Source of the DNA: Priapulus caudatus | Taxonomy: Eukaryota | Direction: 5' to 3' | NCBI RefSeq assembly: GCF_000485595.1 | Contig: NW_014577089.1 | Span: 1-52,864 of the forward strand | Length of the DNA stretch: 52,864 nucleotides | Shown here: positions 36,101 to 47,659 of the stretch, piece by piece | Layout: each line of letters begins with the position of its first letter | Numbering within the stretch: the first letter of the stretch is position 1 | Translations under genes and position numbers: made by a program | The notes under the pieces: model-generated | Databases searched by the model: none | The model's input: the letters and a program-made list of their open reading frames with translations, nothing else | What the model was told of the DNA's origin: nothing

Positions 36101-39100
36101 GTCGAGCGCCGAGACGACGAGCGACGCTGCTGCTGCGTCCGCGCAGGAGGGCGCTCGCAGCCCTTTCCCGGCGAGCAGGAGTAGCGTGCGTCACATGCGC
36201 GTACGGTTCTATTTGTTGTGGGACCGGGTGGACCGTCTCGCACAGCGGCGCAGCGGTTGCCAGCGACGACGCAGGCGAGGAAGAGCGCGCGTCGCCGGCG
36301 GAGCGCTGGCGACGGCAGCTGATAGGGGAGCCGTGAGAGGGATACTCGACGCTGTCAAGCGCGGTCAGCGGACGTCGTCGCGAAAGCCTACTGACATCCG
36401 CAGCCGCACCGCACTAGCCGGCAAAGAGCGCAGGCAGCTTGCACAGCTCGGGCAAAGCAGGGCAGCTAGCAGCCGCACAGTCGCGGCAAAGCACAGCAGC
36501 CGCATAGCCGCGAAGCAGGGGCAGCAGGCAGCAGGCAGCAGCACAGCCCCGCGAAGCAGCAGCTGCAGGCGTACGACGAGCGGCGACGGGCATCGGCGAA
36601 ACTGGGAGGTGTACGCGTAGCGACCCGCCTGCTGCCAGGAGCTGTCGAGTCCGAAAGACGGGGCAGCGTCGCGCGACTGCTGCGCACAGTCCCGCGCAGC
36701 TTCTACGTCGTCGGCCGTCGCGTACGCACGCGAGAGCCCCGCGGCTCGCTGCAGAGCCGCGCGTCGTATCCGTCCAGCCGATCAGGACGAGCGCCGCGCC
36801 GGGCGCACTCCCCTAAGCGTCTGGCTCGCGTCGCCGAAGCGCGCGCCGGCGTGCTGGCACCGGCGCCACTTCGGTGAGTCTCCGAGGGAGGAGATGGTGA
36901 TGGCGGTCGCCGCCGACGGGCCAGCCTCGCGGTGGCACAATGGTCCGCGCCGCTCCCGCCGGCGGGCGAGGCGAGCCGCGACGCGCGCGGATCGTTCTCG
37001 TGCGGCGAACGTCGGCGCGGGGCGTCGGCCGCCGCGCAGCGCAAGTCCGAGCAGCGCTGCCGGGGCGGTACGGGGCGGCGGCCGCGGACCGGCTTCATCG
37101 ACCCTCTCCGGAGTATCGCCTCCGCAGCATGGACGACCTGGCAGCCGTGGGGCGGCGGCGGTGCGGCGGCCGGCGGCGGCGCGGTGACTCGAGCACGGAG
37201 TCGGCAGCGAGCGCCTCGCTGCAGTCGCACCCTGAGCGCGGAGCGCGTGCACCGCCTGCGCGGCGTGTTCGATACGGCGGCGGCGGCAGCGCTCGTCTTG
37301 ATCGGGCTGGACGGATACGAGCCGCGCGGGCTCTGCAGCGAGCCGCGGGGGCTCCGGTGGTACGGCGGCGGCGGCAGCGCTCGTCTTGATCGGGCTGGAC
37401 GGATACGAGCCGCGCGGGCTCTGCAGCGAGCCGCGGGGGCTCCGGTGGTACGGCGGCGGCGGCAGCGCTCGTCTTGATCGGGCTGGACGGATACGAGCCG
37501 CGCGGGCTCTGCAGCGAGCCGCGGGGGCTCTGGTGGTACGGCGACGGCGACGACGTAGAGCTGCGTGGGCTGTGTGCAGAGTCGCGCGGACTCTGCCCCG
37601 TCTTCTTCGGACTCGACAGCTCCTGGCAGAGCGGGTCGCTGACGCGGTACACCTCCCAGTTGTCGCCGATGCGTCGCCGCTCGTCGTCGCCCTGCAGCTG
37701 CTGCTTCGCGGGGCTGTGCTGCTGCTGCTGCTGCTGCTTCGCGGGGCTGTGCGGCTGCTGCTGCTTTGCCGGACTGTGCGGCTGCTGCTGCTGCTTTGCC
37801 GAGCTGTGCGGCTGCTGCTGCTTTGCCGGGCTGTGCGGTGGGCTGCGGATGTCAGTAGGCTTCGCGACGACGTCGCTGCCGCGGCTTGACAGCGTCGAGT
37901 ATCCCTCGTCACGGCTCCCTATCAGCTGCGTCGCGCGCTCGCCCGGCGACGCGTCGCTCTTCCTCGCATGCGTCGTCGCGGCAACCGCTGCGCCGCTGTG
38001 CGAGACGGCGTACGCGCAGTTGACGACGTACTCCTGCTCTCCGCCCGACGGCGCAAGCTCGCCGCTGCGAGCGCCCCCTGGCGGCGGCGCAGCATCGTCG
38101 TCGGCCTCAACGCGGCGCTTCACCGCCTCCTGCGAGATCTGGAATGTGACGACTTCGTTTGGCGACGCCTCGGAGCTGGTGCCGGACGACGAGCAGCCGC
38201 TGTCCTGCCTCCCCGCATCCGCCCCCGCCCCCGCCGGGTTCCCTGCGTCGCCGGCGCCCCCTCGCGACGACGCGCCCTTCTTACCGTCGCCACCCGCGCG
38301 CCTCCTGTCCGCTCGCGGCGGTGGAGGTCGCCGGGGGTCGCCGGCGGGCGGCTTCGACTTAAACGCGTCGACCGTCTCGTCGTCCGGCGACGGCTCTGCG
38401 GCGTGGTTGCCCACGGCAACCGGCTTCATCATCTCCAGCTGCTGCGGCGGGTAGGAGTAGAAGCTCTCCTCCTTCGCAGCGTTCGTCGGCGTGCGGTCGG
38501 GGCTGTCCGACGACACCCCCGCCTCGTTCTCGCCCCCGTCGGACCCCCCTGCCCCCGCCGCCGGCTCCGTCTCATCGTCGGATTTCCCCGGTCCGATGAC
38601 GAGGGAGTTTGGCCGCGTCGGGCAGGCGGGGGTCAGCTGCTGCTGCAGCCGCGGGGGCTGGACGTCGTCCAGGCTGCCGCGGCGCGCCTCGCTGCACGCA
38701 AAGATCTCGCCGTTCTTCACGACCGACGTGTGGATCTCCGAGTTCGCCGCTTGGTACGTCGGCGACTCGGCGCTCGTCTGCGACCCGCGCTCAGAGGTGG
38801 CGCCCTCTGCTCCGCGGTGACCCGACCTCGCGTCGCCGCCGCTCAAGCTCAGGTCCGTCACCGGCGAGTACTTGCCCTCGTTCGACGACAGCATCTCCTC
38901 CTGCGCATTGCCACTCGGCGGCACCACCGGGTCCCGCCGCTCCCCGACTGGCTGCGTCGCCGTGCCGACGGGCCGCGGCTGCGTCGTCTGCAAGTCTGCG
39001 GTCAGCTGCTGCAGCTGAGCGAGTTCGGTGCGCAGCACGGCCGAGTCGGTGAGGCTGAGCGCGAGGTCGAGTGAGGTAGAGTAGGAGGAAGAGTTGGCGA

Positions 39101-42100
39101 CGAGCGAGGACGCGTCCGACGACGCTCGCCGGTCGATCAGCTCGCTCAGCGACAGCGACAGGCTGCTGTAGTTCTCGAGGATCCTCGCCCGGTCACCGGT
39201 GGCGCCGCCGCGTGGCGACCCGAGCGAGTCGGACAGTGCCAGAAGCTCGGCGCCGTACGACGCGTCGCCGTCGGTCGGTCGCGCCACCTGCTTTGCGCGC
39301 GGGAAGCTGGCGAGCTGGTCCTTCGCCGCGGCTGCTGCGGCGGCGGCGGCCGGGTCCTCGTCGGTCTTCTCCTGCCACTGGTCGGCGTAGTTGCACACCT
39401 CGTCCTTGCTGTAGAAGTCCATGTCGAGTTCGCGCAGCTTCATGAGCGGGTCCCGGCCTCCGCCTTTGCCGCCGCCGCCCTTCGGACGCCGCAGCACGAC
39501 GGGCGGCGCGCTCTCCCCGCCGGCGGCGCCACCTGCCGCCGCGACGGTGCGCCGCTGCTCAGCGTCTATTCTCGGGCTGGACACCTCCAGCGGGCTCTCG
39601 TCGTGAAACGAACAACCGTTCTTGCTCTGAGGTAGCGACGGGCTGTACGGCGGATCGTCGGCCGCGGGCTTGCCGTGCCGCGGCAGCGGCGGCGTCGACG
39701 TCGTCATCGTCGTCGGCGACCGTGCGTTTGGCACTCGGGGTATCATGCCACCGTTGCGCGTTAGCATGCCGCTAGCATGAGCCTGGTCGGGTCGGATCCA
39801 CGACATAGATGAATGGGTGTTGGCCAACGTAGGCACACCAGGGTGGTGCTGTGGAGGAAGAGACGCAAGGTCATGAACATAATAAATAAAATAATAAAGT
39901 GAATAACTTATGAGTATTTACTATAATGTGAAAGTAATTGCATTTAGTTCTTTCTTTCCGTAAATTCTTTGTTATAAATTCACACTACTATCAGCATTTA
40001 TTTAGCGAATTACAGGACATTTTTAGTATTATTTCATATTACACACATATCAGATATTCTATAATAAATATGTTGCTACAGCAATCTAACATTTGCAGAC
40101 TGTGTTGATCATAGCAAATATTCTACATTCAACTTTCTGCTTTTATCCGAAAACATAATAGAACGGGTATAATTAATGGAAGGTAATTAAAAGGTATTAA
40201 AAAATATATATTTACATGGTCAATTGAAGTTCCTGAGGTAATTGTGTAGTTGCTGCACAAGCTGGGCAGTGATTCAAAGCTCTCTTCTGATTGGTTGCTC
40301 AGACTGTAGGTAGACTGATCTGATTGTGGGCTCTGCACATTCTGTTGTAAGCTCATCTCTGACTGCCCAGTAGTCATTTGCAATAAAAGGTGGTGCTGGT
40401 GGGCAAGTTTTTCGGGCGATAACAAGTGAGGCACCCTCTGACTTGACTGGTCAAGTCTGCTTAACAGATGTAACAGCTGCTCCGATTGGTTGCCCGGTGG
40501 GGTTCCATTAGACGTAGTTTGTGCTCCCTCAGTATGGGAGCCCTTAAAAAACAAACAATTTACCGTATAACAATAATTGCGCACTACCTACTACTACTCT
40601 ACTAGTCTACTATACTAGCCCTAATCACGCAAGCAATCAATATTGCATTTTAGTTGCCTGAGTATCGTAGCAAGTGTCAATATTGCTTCTCTGAACTGAG
40701 CCAGATGCTTGACAATAATTTACCTTGTCAGACCCTCGCCCAAGCAGTTATTAACTAATGATAGTTCCTGGCTAGTCTGCGGTTTATTACCAGCGGCGTC
40801 ATCGCAGCCGTTACTGCTGAGGCTGATGATGTGTATAATGAAGTTCGTAAAGCATACATATACTTAAGATATAACGGAGTACGTATTCCTCTGCCGCATA
40901 TCACTCTATTATGTAATGCTGGAGCTACTTGTATGTGATGATGGCATTACTGTCATGTGAGCAGCTAATATGTGACGCTGGCATTATCCTAACCTGAGGA
41001 GGTGTCATGTTAGATGTTAAGAGTTTTGTTTATGTTACCTGAGCAGCTAGTATGGCACTGATGTTAGGCTGGTCGCTACTGGGCGACTGTGAGGTCCTGA
41101 GTTTGTTCTGCAGCAGAATCCCGAGTGTTCGGTTTTGTTTTTCCAGCTCCCACACCCTCTGCTGCAGCTTGATACACTCTGTGCGCAGGCTCTGTGGCAA
41201 CAACAACCGTGCTCGTTAGCAATTCTAATTATAATAACGAGTTTTAATTAGAGACGTTTAAAAGTGCGGGACAATTTCGATATCTGAAGTAGGCACTGAC
41301 TGAAGGCATTAAAGACTGATTTATCCTTGGCAAAAACCAGGTCAAAAGAATTCGTATGAGACACGGACCCCTTGCCTCTAGTTAGAGCTAGGGACTTTAC
41401 AAAGAGGCCTTCACTTCAGGTCTATGTAGTACCTAGAACTGTTCTGTCATTACCTTATTTAAATTTCCATGCCACTTTTATAGAACTTGGAAAAAGAGTA
41501 CAATACACATTAAGATACTTAATAAAATTTCCGTGTTCGCAGCATTTTCACACAACTTTTCAATTTAGAAATTATTCTAAGCAATTTTATCGTAGTAACT
41601 ACTCACGCTCACAAATCCCGCAACATTTTAAATCAAGGCCGCTTCATTAACAGTAAGCATTATATTGCGAAAAAAAGAAGTTACATTAACACTTCTTCGG
41701 CTTAGAACGACAGCTGATATGAAAATGCATTAGGAAATACAATAGGCTTAGCTCTCATGGTTAGCGTGGAATTCAACAGAAATTTGCAATATAATCATAT
41801 AATCATATAAGTATGAAAATACTACAGCTGACTACATTCCCACCTATCAACAGACAGAAGGCCTAGGTGCTGCTTGGCTAGTAATGCTAATTATCAAGCC
41901 TATGTTAACCACATACTCTGTTACAACAACACGCAAACACATTCGCTAAACAACATTATACCACGATCGTAGAAGTAAAACAAAATAGCTGCAGTGCCAA
42001 GATTGTAAACTACTGCCTTCACTTCGAGAGTCACATGTGCCATAATCTATAATCTAATTGATAATCTATAAAATTTGACTATACATTCGATTTATTCGAG

Positions 42101-43433
42101 TTTTTACATATTTACCTAATTAGCTAGCTACCCAATGAACACTCAATCACCAAGACTACCAATCTCATATCATGATTTAAATATTTTAATAACTAAGCAG
42201 TAACAACCTATAGCCACAACAGCCTATACTGCCTAGTTGGCTATCTTACCATGTCAGCTAATTAATTAGCATCTTAGTAATGCAGCTATAGCTACCTTCT
42301 GTGCCATGACGGCCTGCACCACCTGGTTGGCTATCTCATCCAGACAGCGCTCGTATTGCTCTCTCTGCTTCTCGTTCTCCAACATTAGGTTCGAGTTCTC
42401 CGCCTCGAGTGCCTTCAGTCGCTGCACCAGTGCACGAAACTTCTCCTGGTCCGAGGAAGCACCGGTCTGTCAACAAAGCACCGCGGGTCAGCAACTGTAG
42501 AGCTGACAGTCAGCAGCTGTGCACAACTAGGCAGGACGTGCAGGTACAAATGCTTTCAGGAATCAGGGCATTTACCAGTCTAGCGCAGACCGAGCGAGAT
42601 TTAAAAAAAAAAGGTAAAATGTGATATTTTTGTAAATGTTATTGAACAAAGCATTCCGATTAGTAACGAATATGATGAGCATATGCTTTCACGAATTTTG
42701 GCATTTTCTGGTTTCGCACAGGTTGCACCAGTCATGGAAACGCTTAACTTCGTGAAAGTATCTGTGCAGACACTTGTTGCTATGCATATACTTATGTGGA
42801 TGCACTGCATATGTGTATAGGTGCTATAGTACGTAGGCCTATAGTATGTACACAGATAACAATATTGCTTGCGAACACGTATAATGTAAAAGGACGTTGA
42901 TAAATATACACTACACGGTTGTCCAGAAGGCGAGCTGACCTTTGACAGACACAGTGAGGGGGTTTTGGCTACGTTGATGCTACAGTTGAGAGCTCAATTA
43001 AATTGAAATTAAATTGCTACACAGATTCAACGACAGCACAAGGCTGAGACAATATTAGATCAGTAAGTGTGATATAATCGGTGCTGTTAACGATGCAGTA
43101 ATGAATTAGCTAGCGAGTGTGACGACATTACGCGCGGGAAAATGAGTGCGGGTTACAGTGCGGGCGATTAAACAAGCAGAAGACAAGAGGCAATGCTGAA
43201 AGTAGGAGAAAGTCATCGTGACAGTACCTGTGGATCCGTCGCATTCTGTACGATCACGAAGAAGAAAGCATGAAATAACGACAAATCAGAGTCAGCAAGA
43301 AATTGCTCACAGCATAAAAGTTTGTAGGGAAATAGAAGTTCCAGCATCATGCTAACACGCTTTCCCTCTCTTGTCCTAGTACCGGAAAAAGCCGATCACA
43401 GAAGTGTGTGCTAAGGTGTGTGCGTGTGTGTGC

Positions 43434-43491
<58 letters not shown>

Positions 43492-46400
43492 CTGTGTGCG
43501 CGTGTGCGTGCGTATGTGCGTGTACGTGTGTGCGCGCGTGCGTGTCTGTGCGCGCGTGCGTGCGTGCGTGCGTGTGCGTGTGCGTGTTATCATGCACACC
43601 GTAGACAAGGACAAGCTAAACAAGAAGCTGTTCAGTTATAAGTCATCAATTTCCCTGATAGCACTAGATGCATTGAGAATAGTGAGCAATATTATCGACC
43701 TTGATACAATGACAGATGAATATAGGAAGTAGCTCACAAGAAGCTATGCAGAACACACATTCCATGAGTATGCAGCGGTATAATAATTGACCACCACCTA
43801 ATCTAGACGGAACGGTAGCAGGCAGGAGAGAAGTGAAGAAATAACAAAGGGCAATGTGAAGCCAGCCTGTCATGAGGAGAAAATGTGAGAGAATGATACC
43901 AGAGAAGGGTAGTGTGAGAGTCGCAAGTTAGAGAGAGGAAGTTTGTCTGAATTTTATTTAATACTATGTTTGCTGGAGGATAAAGTGGCGCATGGTCACA
44001 TACGAACAGGAAACCGTAGTTTGAGAGCATAACGTGATAACGTGCAATCTGGGGGAAGTGGGTTACCAGGAGAAATTGTTAGATCGAAGTTTATTTACCC
44101 GGATAAGTGAGCTGGGATAAGGGTAGGCTAATGTTAATTGGGGCCGTTTTTAGAAGCATAATAAATTATAATTAATAACGATAATAATATATAATTAAAA
44201 TCAGCCTTAATATGTACCTTTTATCGTAGACGGCTGACAGAAACATCGTATAGTTACGAGAATGAAAAATCAGGGAGCGTGCGCTACCGGTAGTAGGTGT
44301 TAGAGGGTGGCACACATTATCCGAATCATACGGGCCTTGATCAAAGAGCCAGGGCCGGACTGGGAAAATTTCCCCCCTATAATAATATGGCCTGCAGGCC
44401 GCAGATTTATTTAAAAAAAAATTTTAACAATTTTTTTTTGGGGGGGGCAGGCCACTTAGCAGGCCAGGCCACCGGGAAAACTCCCGGTGCTCCTGATCGC
44501 CAGTCCGGCCCTGCAAAGAGCTATCATGTTACCGGGAGGAAATGTGCGGGCAACGCGCGGGGAGACAAAGCAGGGAAGGCATTGCTTACGAGCGCCTCCA
44601 TGCGTTTCACTTCGTTGCTGAGCCGCGCGTTGTCCTGCTCAAGCCGGCCGATGTGTGTGCGCAGCTGCTGGCTGGCCGCCTGATGCTGCCTGATGAGCAG
44701 CGCCTTCTCCTGCTGCAGGTCATCGATGTGGCTCTTACACTGCATGAGGCTCTTCACTCCGTCCTCCATGCTGCCAGAAGACAGAACGACACAGCCGTCA
44801 CTAGCAACGCACGAGCCTACGATCGTCGCTCACGGAGCGGCAACGGTGGGAAGAACCCGAAAAACAAATCGGTAAACTGGGTCGCCGCTAATTATTCATT
44901 TTACTAACGTGGCGTCTGCTATTTTTACCCTCGAAGCTAACCTAATTGATGTACACTGTAGAGTGCCCACCGAGGCATCCTGTTCTTATATGTGCACGTC
45001 AACGTGGTTTCAGTTGTATACAAATTCAGTTATGAACGCACTACGTAAACTGCCAAACTGCTTTTTTATTCAGTTACGGATGCATACCGTATAGTTGCAT
45101 AATAGGAAGATGACGCTTTTAATATGAATTTAATTCTAGCTAAAATTTCAAGGTCAAATGCGCTGACATTGCCTCCACTGGCTATGACGTCGCTTTAAGA
45201 TCTGGTTCATGTCACGGGCACAACACGCATGCCACGATCAAATATTACATTTTTGCCGTGTGTAACACCTGCACGCAGGTATGCATATATCAGAAGTAGA
45301 TAATAGGGTTCATATCGTGCATGAAGTGGTCTGCTAGACCTGGCTAGTTGGTAAAGTAGTTGGCTAGCGCTCTATCTGTGTTCTCTGTTGGCCGTCACAG
45401 AGAACAAATGCTACGACAATTGCTTAGCAGTACACAGGTCTTACCAGTCTATGACCACATATTAACATACTCGGAAGTGTGTTTTAGAAGAGATGACTCC
45501 AATCCTCTAGTATCATTGCGATTTAACATTAAGGGTAAGTACAGAAAAGGTTGCGCCATCTCAGGTGCAGTCGCACGGACTGGGGAGAAAAACACGAAAT
45601 CCGGCCCTAAAATACAGCCGCTGTGTTTATCCAAATCGCATGTCGCTGGGCAGGAAGAGGCAGCCACAAAGGCCTCATTGTCATTGAAATCACTGTGTGC
45701 ATACGATACACAACCGCGGCTCTATTATATCTCCATTAGCATGACACCCCGCCACCTTGCTCACTGTCGCCCTCTATCCACAACGTGCGAATAAACGAAG
45801 AAGCGCGAGCGAGACCAGTGTTCGAAATAATGGAAAAAATGTGCTTGTCCCACGGACAAGCTACAAGATATTATTGCTTGTCCTGCAAAATTTTTGCTTG
45901 TCCTGATTAATAACATAGAAATATAGTAAATGTGTAATACATTTAATAAAATGACATTTTTGACCCAATATCTTACTTTGTAATTTTAATACAGTTCACT
46001 AACAGTTCAAATTAGGCACCAAACTTGAAAGAGCATTAAAGAAACACAATTATTTATTTTAAGTTATTACTTGCCTTAACAAAGTTGAAGCGATGGTAGA
46101 AAATGATGAAAAATTGCTCTAAAAAGCTGCTTGTCCAGCGGACAAGCTACTGGACAGGTCTACTTGCCCTCCGTGGAAACGGATAAGTGAAAACAAACGT
46201 ATAGCTCTTATTTCGAACACAAGAGACGTACCTCCTGAAATCCTCCTGCAAAACTTCGAGTCGTACTTTACACTGGTCGCTCTCGACGGCCATGTCTTGC
46301 ATTTTTCGTTCTGCGTCCATGCGCAGCATCCTTTCATTTTCCAAGTCCTTTCTCAGGCGATCTCTCTGCAAGCAAAGTGACGTCAGGTCATTAATAGGTA

Positions 46401-46682
46401 CACACACATTTGTGATCACACGCACGCGCGCGCGCGTACAAGCGCCCTGAATAGGTGGATATCATCGTGGATTGGCGTTAAGAGACGTACACTTGTTCAG
46501 ATGAATAATAAAGAATGAACCCATTCATGTATCACACTGTGAAACTTTAAACAGCTGCGGCAGCATCGATTCCGTACGAGCAATTTTCCCCAATTTAACT
46601 TTCCGAACACACAGGCGCACACACACACGCACACGCACACGCACACGCACACACACGCACACACGCACACACGACACACACA

Positions 46683-46745
<63 letters not shown>

Positions 46746-47016
46746 CACACGCGCGTCTATAGAACACCTTGTCTCGCTATTTGCTGTTCGGGTTATAAAT
46801 CCCATCACCTGCTAAGCGCGCTACTTATACCGCGCACTTCTGAGGCTCTCTCTTCAGCAAACTATCAGCTGTTCAAATACGCTCCAGCGCCACCTCCTTC
46901 TCTGCTGCCCACCCGGGCTCGATTCATGGCTGACCGCAAATTACCTCGAACAATAAACCCGGACCGCATTCTTCACGCGCAGAGAAGCTGCGTGCTGGCC
47001 GCAACACAGTCGCCAT
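23797..47016 (-). CDS. NCKAP5: Nck-associated protein 5 family (NCKAP5/NCKAP5L-like), multi-exon; middle disrupted by assembly artefacts
   Basis: Consecutive in-phase exons give [79 protein letters not shown] and [23 protein letters not shown], the NCKAP5 N-terminal coiled coil, then long low-complexity exons. Linking the 3' exons to this gene is inferred from strand and phase. Confidence 0.85.
24456..24561 (-). CDS. NCKAP5: NCKAP5-like penultimate exon
   Basis: gtacag acceptor, G/gtaaat donor; phase 0 to 1 fits its neighbours. Confidence 0.7.
25660..28155 (-). CDS. NCKAP5: NCKAP5-like large exon, interrupted by a gap and a duplicated, error-rich segment (~26880-27480)
   Basis: ccgcag acceptor at 28156; ORFs 27130-28155 and 25630-26703; CAG/gtttgt donor. 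Confidence 0.72.
28900..29195 (-). CDS. NCKAP5: NCKAP5-like exon
   Basis: cgacag acceptor (phase 1), ATG/gtgagt donor. Confidence 0.8.
29196..30270. repeat. 32-bp minisatellite spanning an N-gap
   Basis: Unit CACAGTTATAAATACAACCTGTGATAGCAGCA on both sides of gap 29371-30041, decaying after ~30165. Confidence 0.92.
30604..31808 (-). CDS. NCKAP5: NCKAP5-like giant exon, 3' part
   Basis: Open frame [20 protein letters not shown]/gtaatt donor, phase 1. Confidence 0.8.
31845..37290 (+). other. Inverted, indel-rich copy of NCKAP5 region ~41230-37465 plus linker sequence; probable mis-oriented long-read gap fill (less likely a real duplicated pseudogene fragment)
   Basis: Colinear match to three exons and their introns with dense 1-2 nt indels; begins at a 25-N gap; its end overlaps 31760-31808 in reverse orientation. 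Confidence 0.85.
32232..33184. mobile_element. Harbinger-like MITE present only in the inverted copy
   Basis: ~50-bp TIR CCCTGTCACA(T)CATTGCCGATTTAG..GCCGGACGTATCAAAAA and its reverse complement at ~33130-33183; empty site near 40815-40825. Confidence 0.8.
37273..37540. repeat. Three tandem 88-bp copies at the fold-back junction
   Basis: Units start at 37273, 37361 and 37449 and are nearly identical. Confidence 0.9.
37450..39848 (-). CDS. NCKAP5: NCKAP5-like giant exon, 5' part
   Basis: ctccacag acceptor in frame with the 913-aa ORF. Sensible composition up to [10 protein letters not shown], after which an 88-bp repeat shifts the frame. Confidence 0.82.
37690..37840 (-). repeat. Coding tandem repeat (P/Q)HS(P/S)AKQn
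   Basis: Five HS(P/S)AK units separated by CAG runs. Confidence 0.85.
40216..40542 (-). CDS. NCKAP5: NCKAP5-like exon (Ser/Gln-rich)
   Basis: 327 nt open, phase 0-0, tttaag acceptor, CAT/gtaaat donor. Confidence 0.75.
41039..41191 (-). CDS. NCKAP5: NCKAP5-like exon
   Basis: [28 protein letters not shown]; ccacag acceptor, CAG/gtaaca donor. Confidence 0.92.
42296..42466 (-). CDS. NCKAP5: NCKAP5-like exon (most conserved coiled coil)
   Basis: [42 protein letters not shown]. Confidence 0.95.
43228..43245 (-). CDS. NCKAP5: Candidate 18-nt microexon (NATDPQ)
   Basis: Pyrimidine tract plus tacag acceptor, CAG/gtactg donor, phase 0-0. Confidence 0.4.
43404..43586. repeat. (GT)n/(GCGT)n microsatellite
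   Basis: Seen directly. Confidence 0.95.
44350..44513. mobile_element. hAT-like MITE, 164 bp
   Basis: Perfect 14-bp TIR CAGGGCCGGACTGG and exact 8-bp duplication CAAAGAGC (44342-44349, 44514-44521). Confidence 0.9.
44590..44770 (-). CDS. NCKAP5: NCKAP5-like exon
   Basis: tggcag acceptor; [22 protein letters not shown]/gtaagc donor. Confidence 0.85.
45816..46222. mobile_element. hAT-like MITE next to an NCKAP5 donor site
   Basis: TIR CAGTGTTCGAAATAA / TTATTTCGAACAC, repeated GCTTGTCC/GGACAAG motifs, GAGAC on both flanks. Confidence 0.7.
46232..46365 (-). CDS. NCKAP5: NCKAP5-like exon
   Basis: ttgcag acceptor; [29 protein letters not shown]/gtacgt donor. Confidence 0.88.
46607..46755. repeat. 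(CA)n microsatellite
   Basis: Seen directly. Confidence 0.95.
46809..47016 (-). CDS. NCKAP5: Probable first coding exon of NCKAP5-like gene, not open as assembled
   Basis: accATGGCG at 47016; broken frames read [21 protein letters not shown]/gtgatg donor. Needs indel corrections. Confidence 0.45.
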
Positions 47017-47024
47017 GGTAAATG

Positions 47025-47248
47025 ATAGAGAGCGATGTGAGAGTGGGAGATTGGGAAGGGAGAGACAGAGAGCGCGCGCGCGCGATAGAGACAGAGACAG
47101 AGTGTGGAGAGAGAGATGGAGAGAATGAGAATGAGAATGATGGAGAAGGGAGGTGAAGAGAGAGGGAGAGAGAGACCACAAGCGAGAAATAGACTGATCG
47201 AGAGAGAGGAGGGAAAGGGTGAGAGAGAAAGAGATAAGGGAAGAGAGC
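47025..47248. repeat. GA-rich low-complexity tract upstream of the probable NCKAP5 start
   Basis: Seen directly. Confidence 0.8.
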
Positions 47249-47659
47249 ATGTGTACTCAGACATGCGCGTAAACGTGAGATGACGTCACGGCAGGTATTC
47301 TGTAGCTTACGTACGCTCCACGCTAAATGCCCGTAGCGTATTGCTGCATGCGCAAAAATTGATCAAGGGCACTTGATGATTAAGCCACTGGCATAGCAAA
47401 GACTTCGCCATATATGTCCGTACATGGCGCAACGCGTGAGTCACGTAAAAACGATGAAACACGATCGTGACTGTCATGTCTGCCCGCAGTGACTGACTTG
47501 TCACGCGCAGACAGGTCACCCGCGCGGTGACGCTGCCCTACTACGCTAGCCCGTGTGCGACACGACATCGACCGCGCACGTTTGCATGCAGCGTTCACAC
47601 ACACCAAAGCAAATGTTGCACAGGAAAGCAACGCAAGGGCACCGCTGGTCTCATCATAC

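Noticed and set aside
31845..36800. A second, functional plus-strand NCKAP5 paralogue
   Set aside because: Indels every few codons, at similar density in introns and exons, next to an N-gap; no intact frame.
37095..37450. C-terminal end of the 913-aa ORF as a real protein terminus
   Set aside because: It derives from the out-of-frame 88-bp repeat and the antisense of the inverted block.
25570..39850. Many overlapping Arg/Ala-rich ORFs; possible bacterial contamination or horizontal transfer
   Set aside because: Shadow frames of very GC-rich exons. The real frames are bounded by in-phase GT-AG sites and link to NCKAP5 exons.
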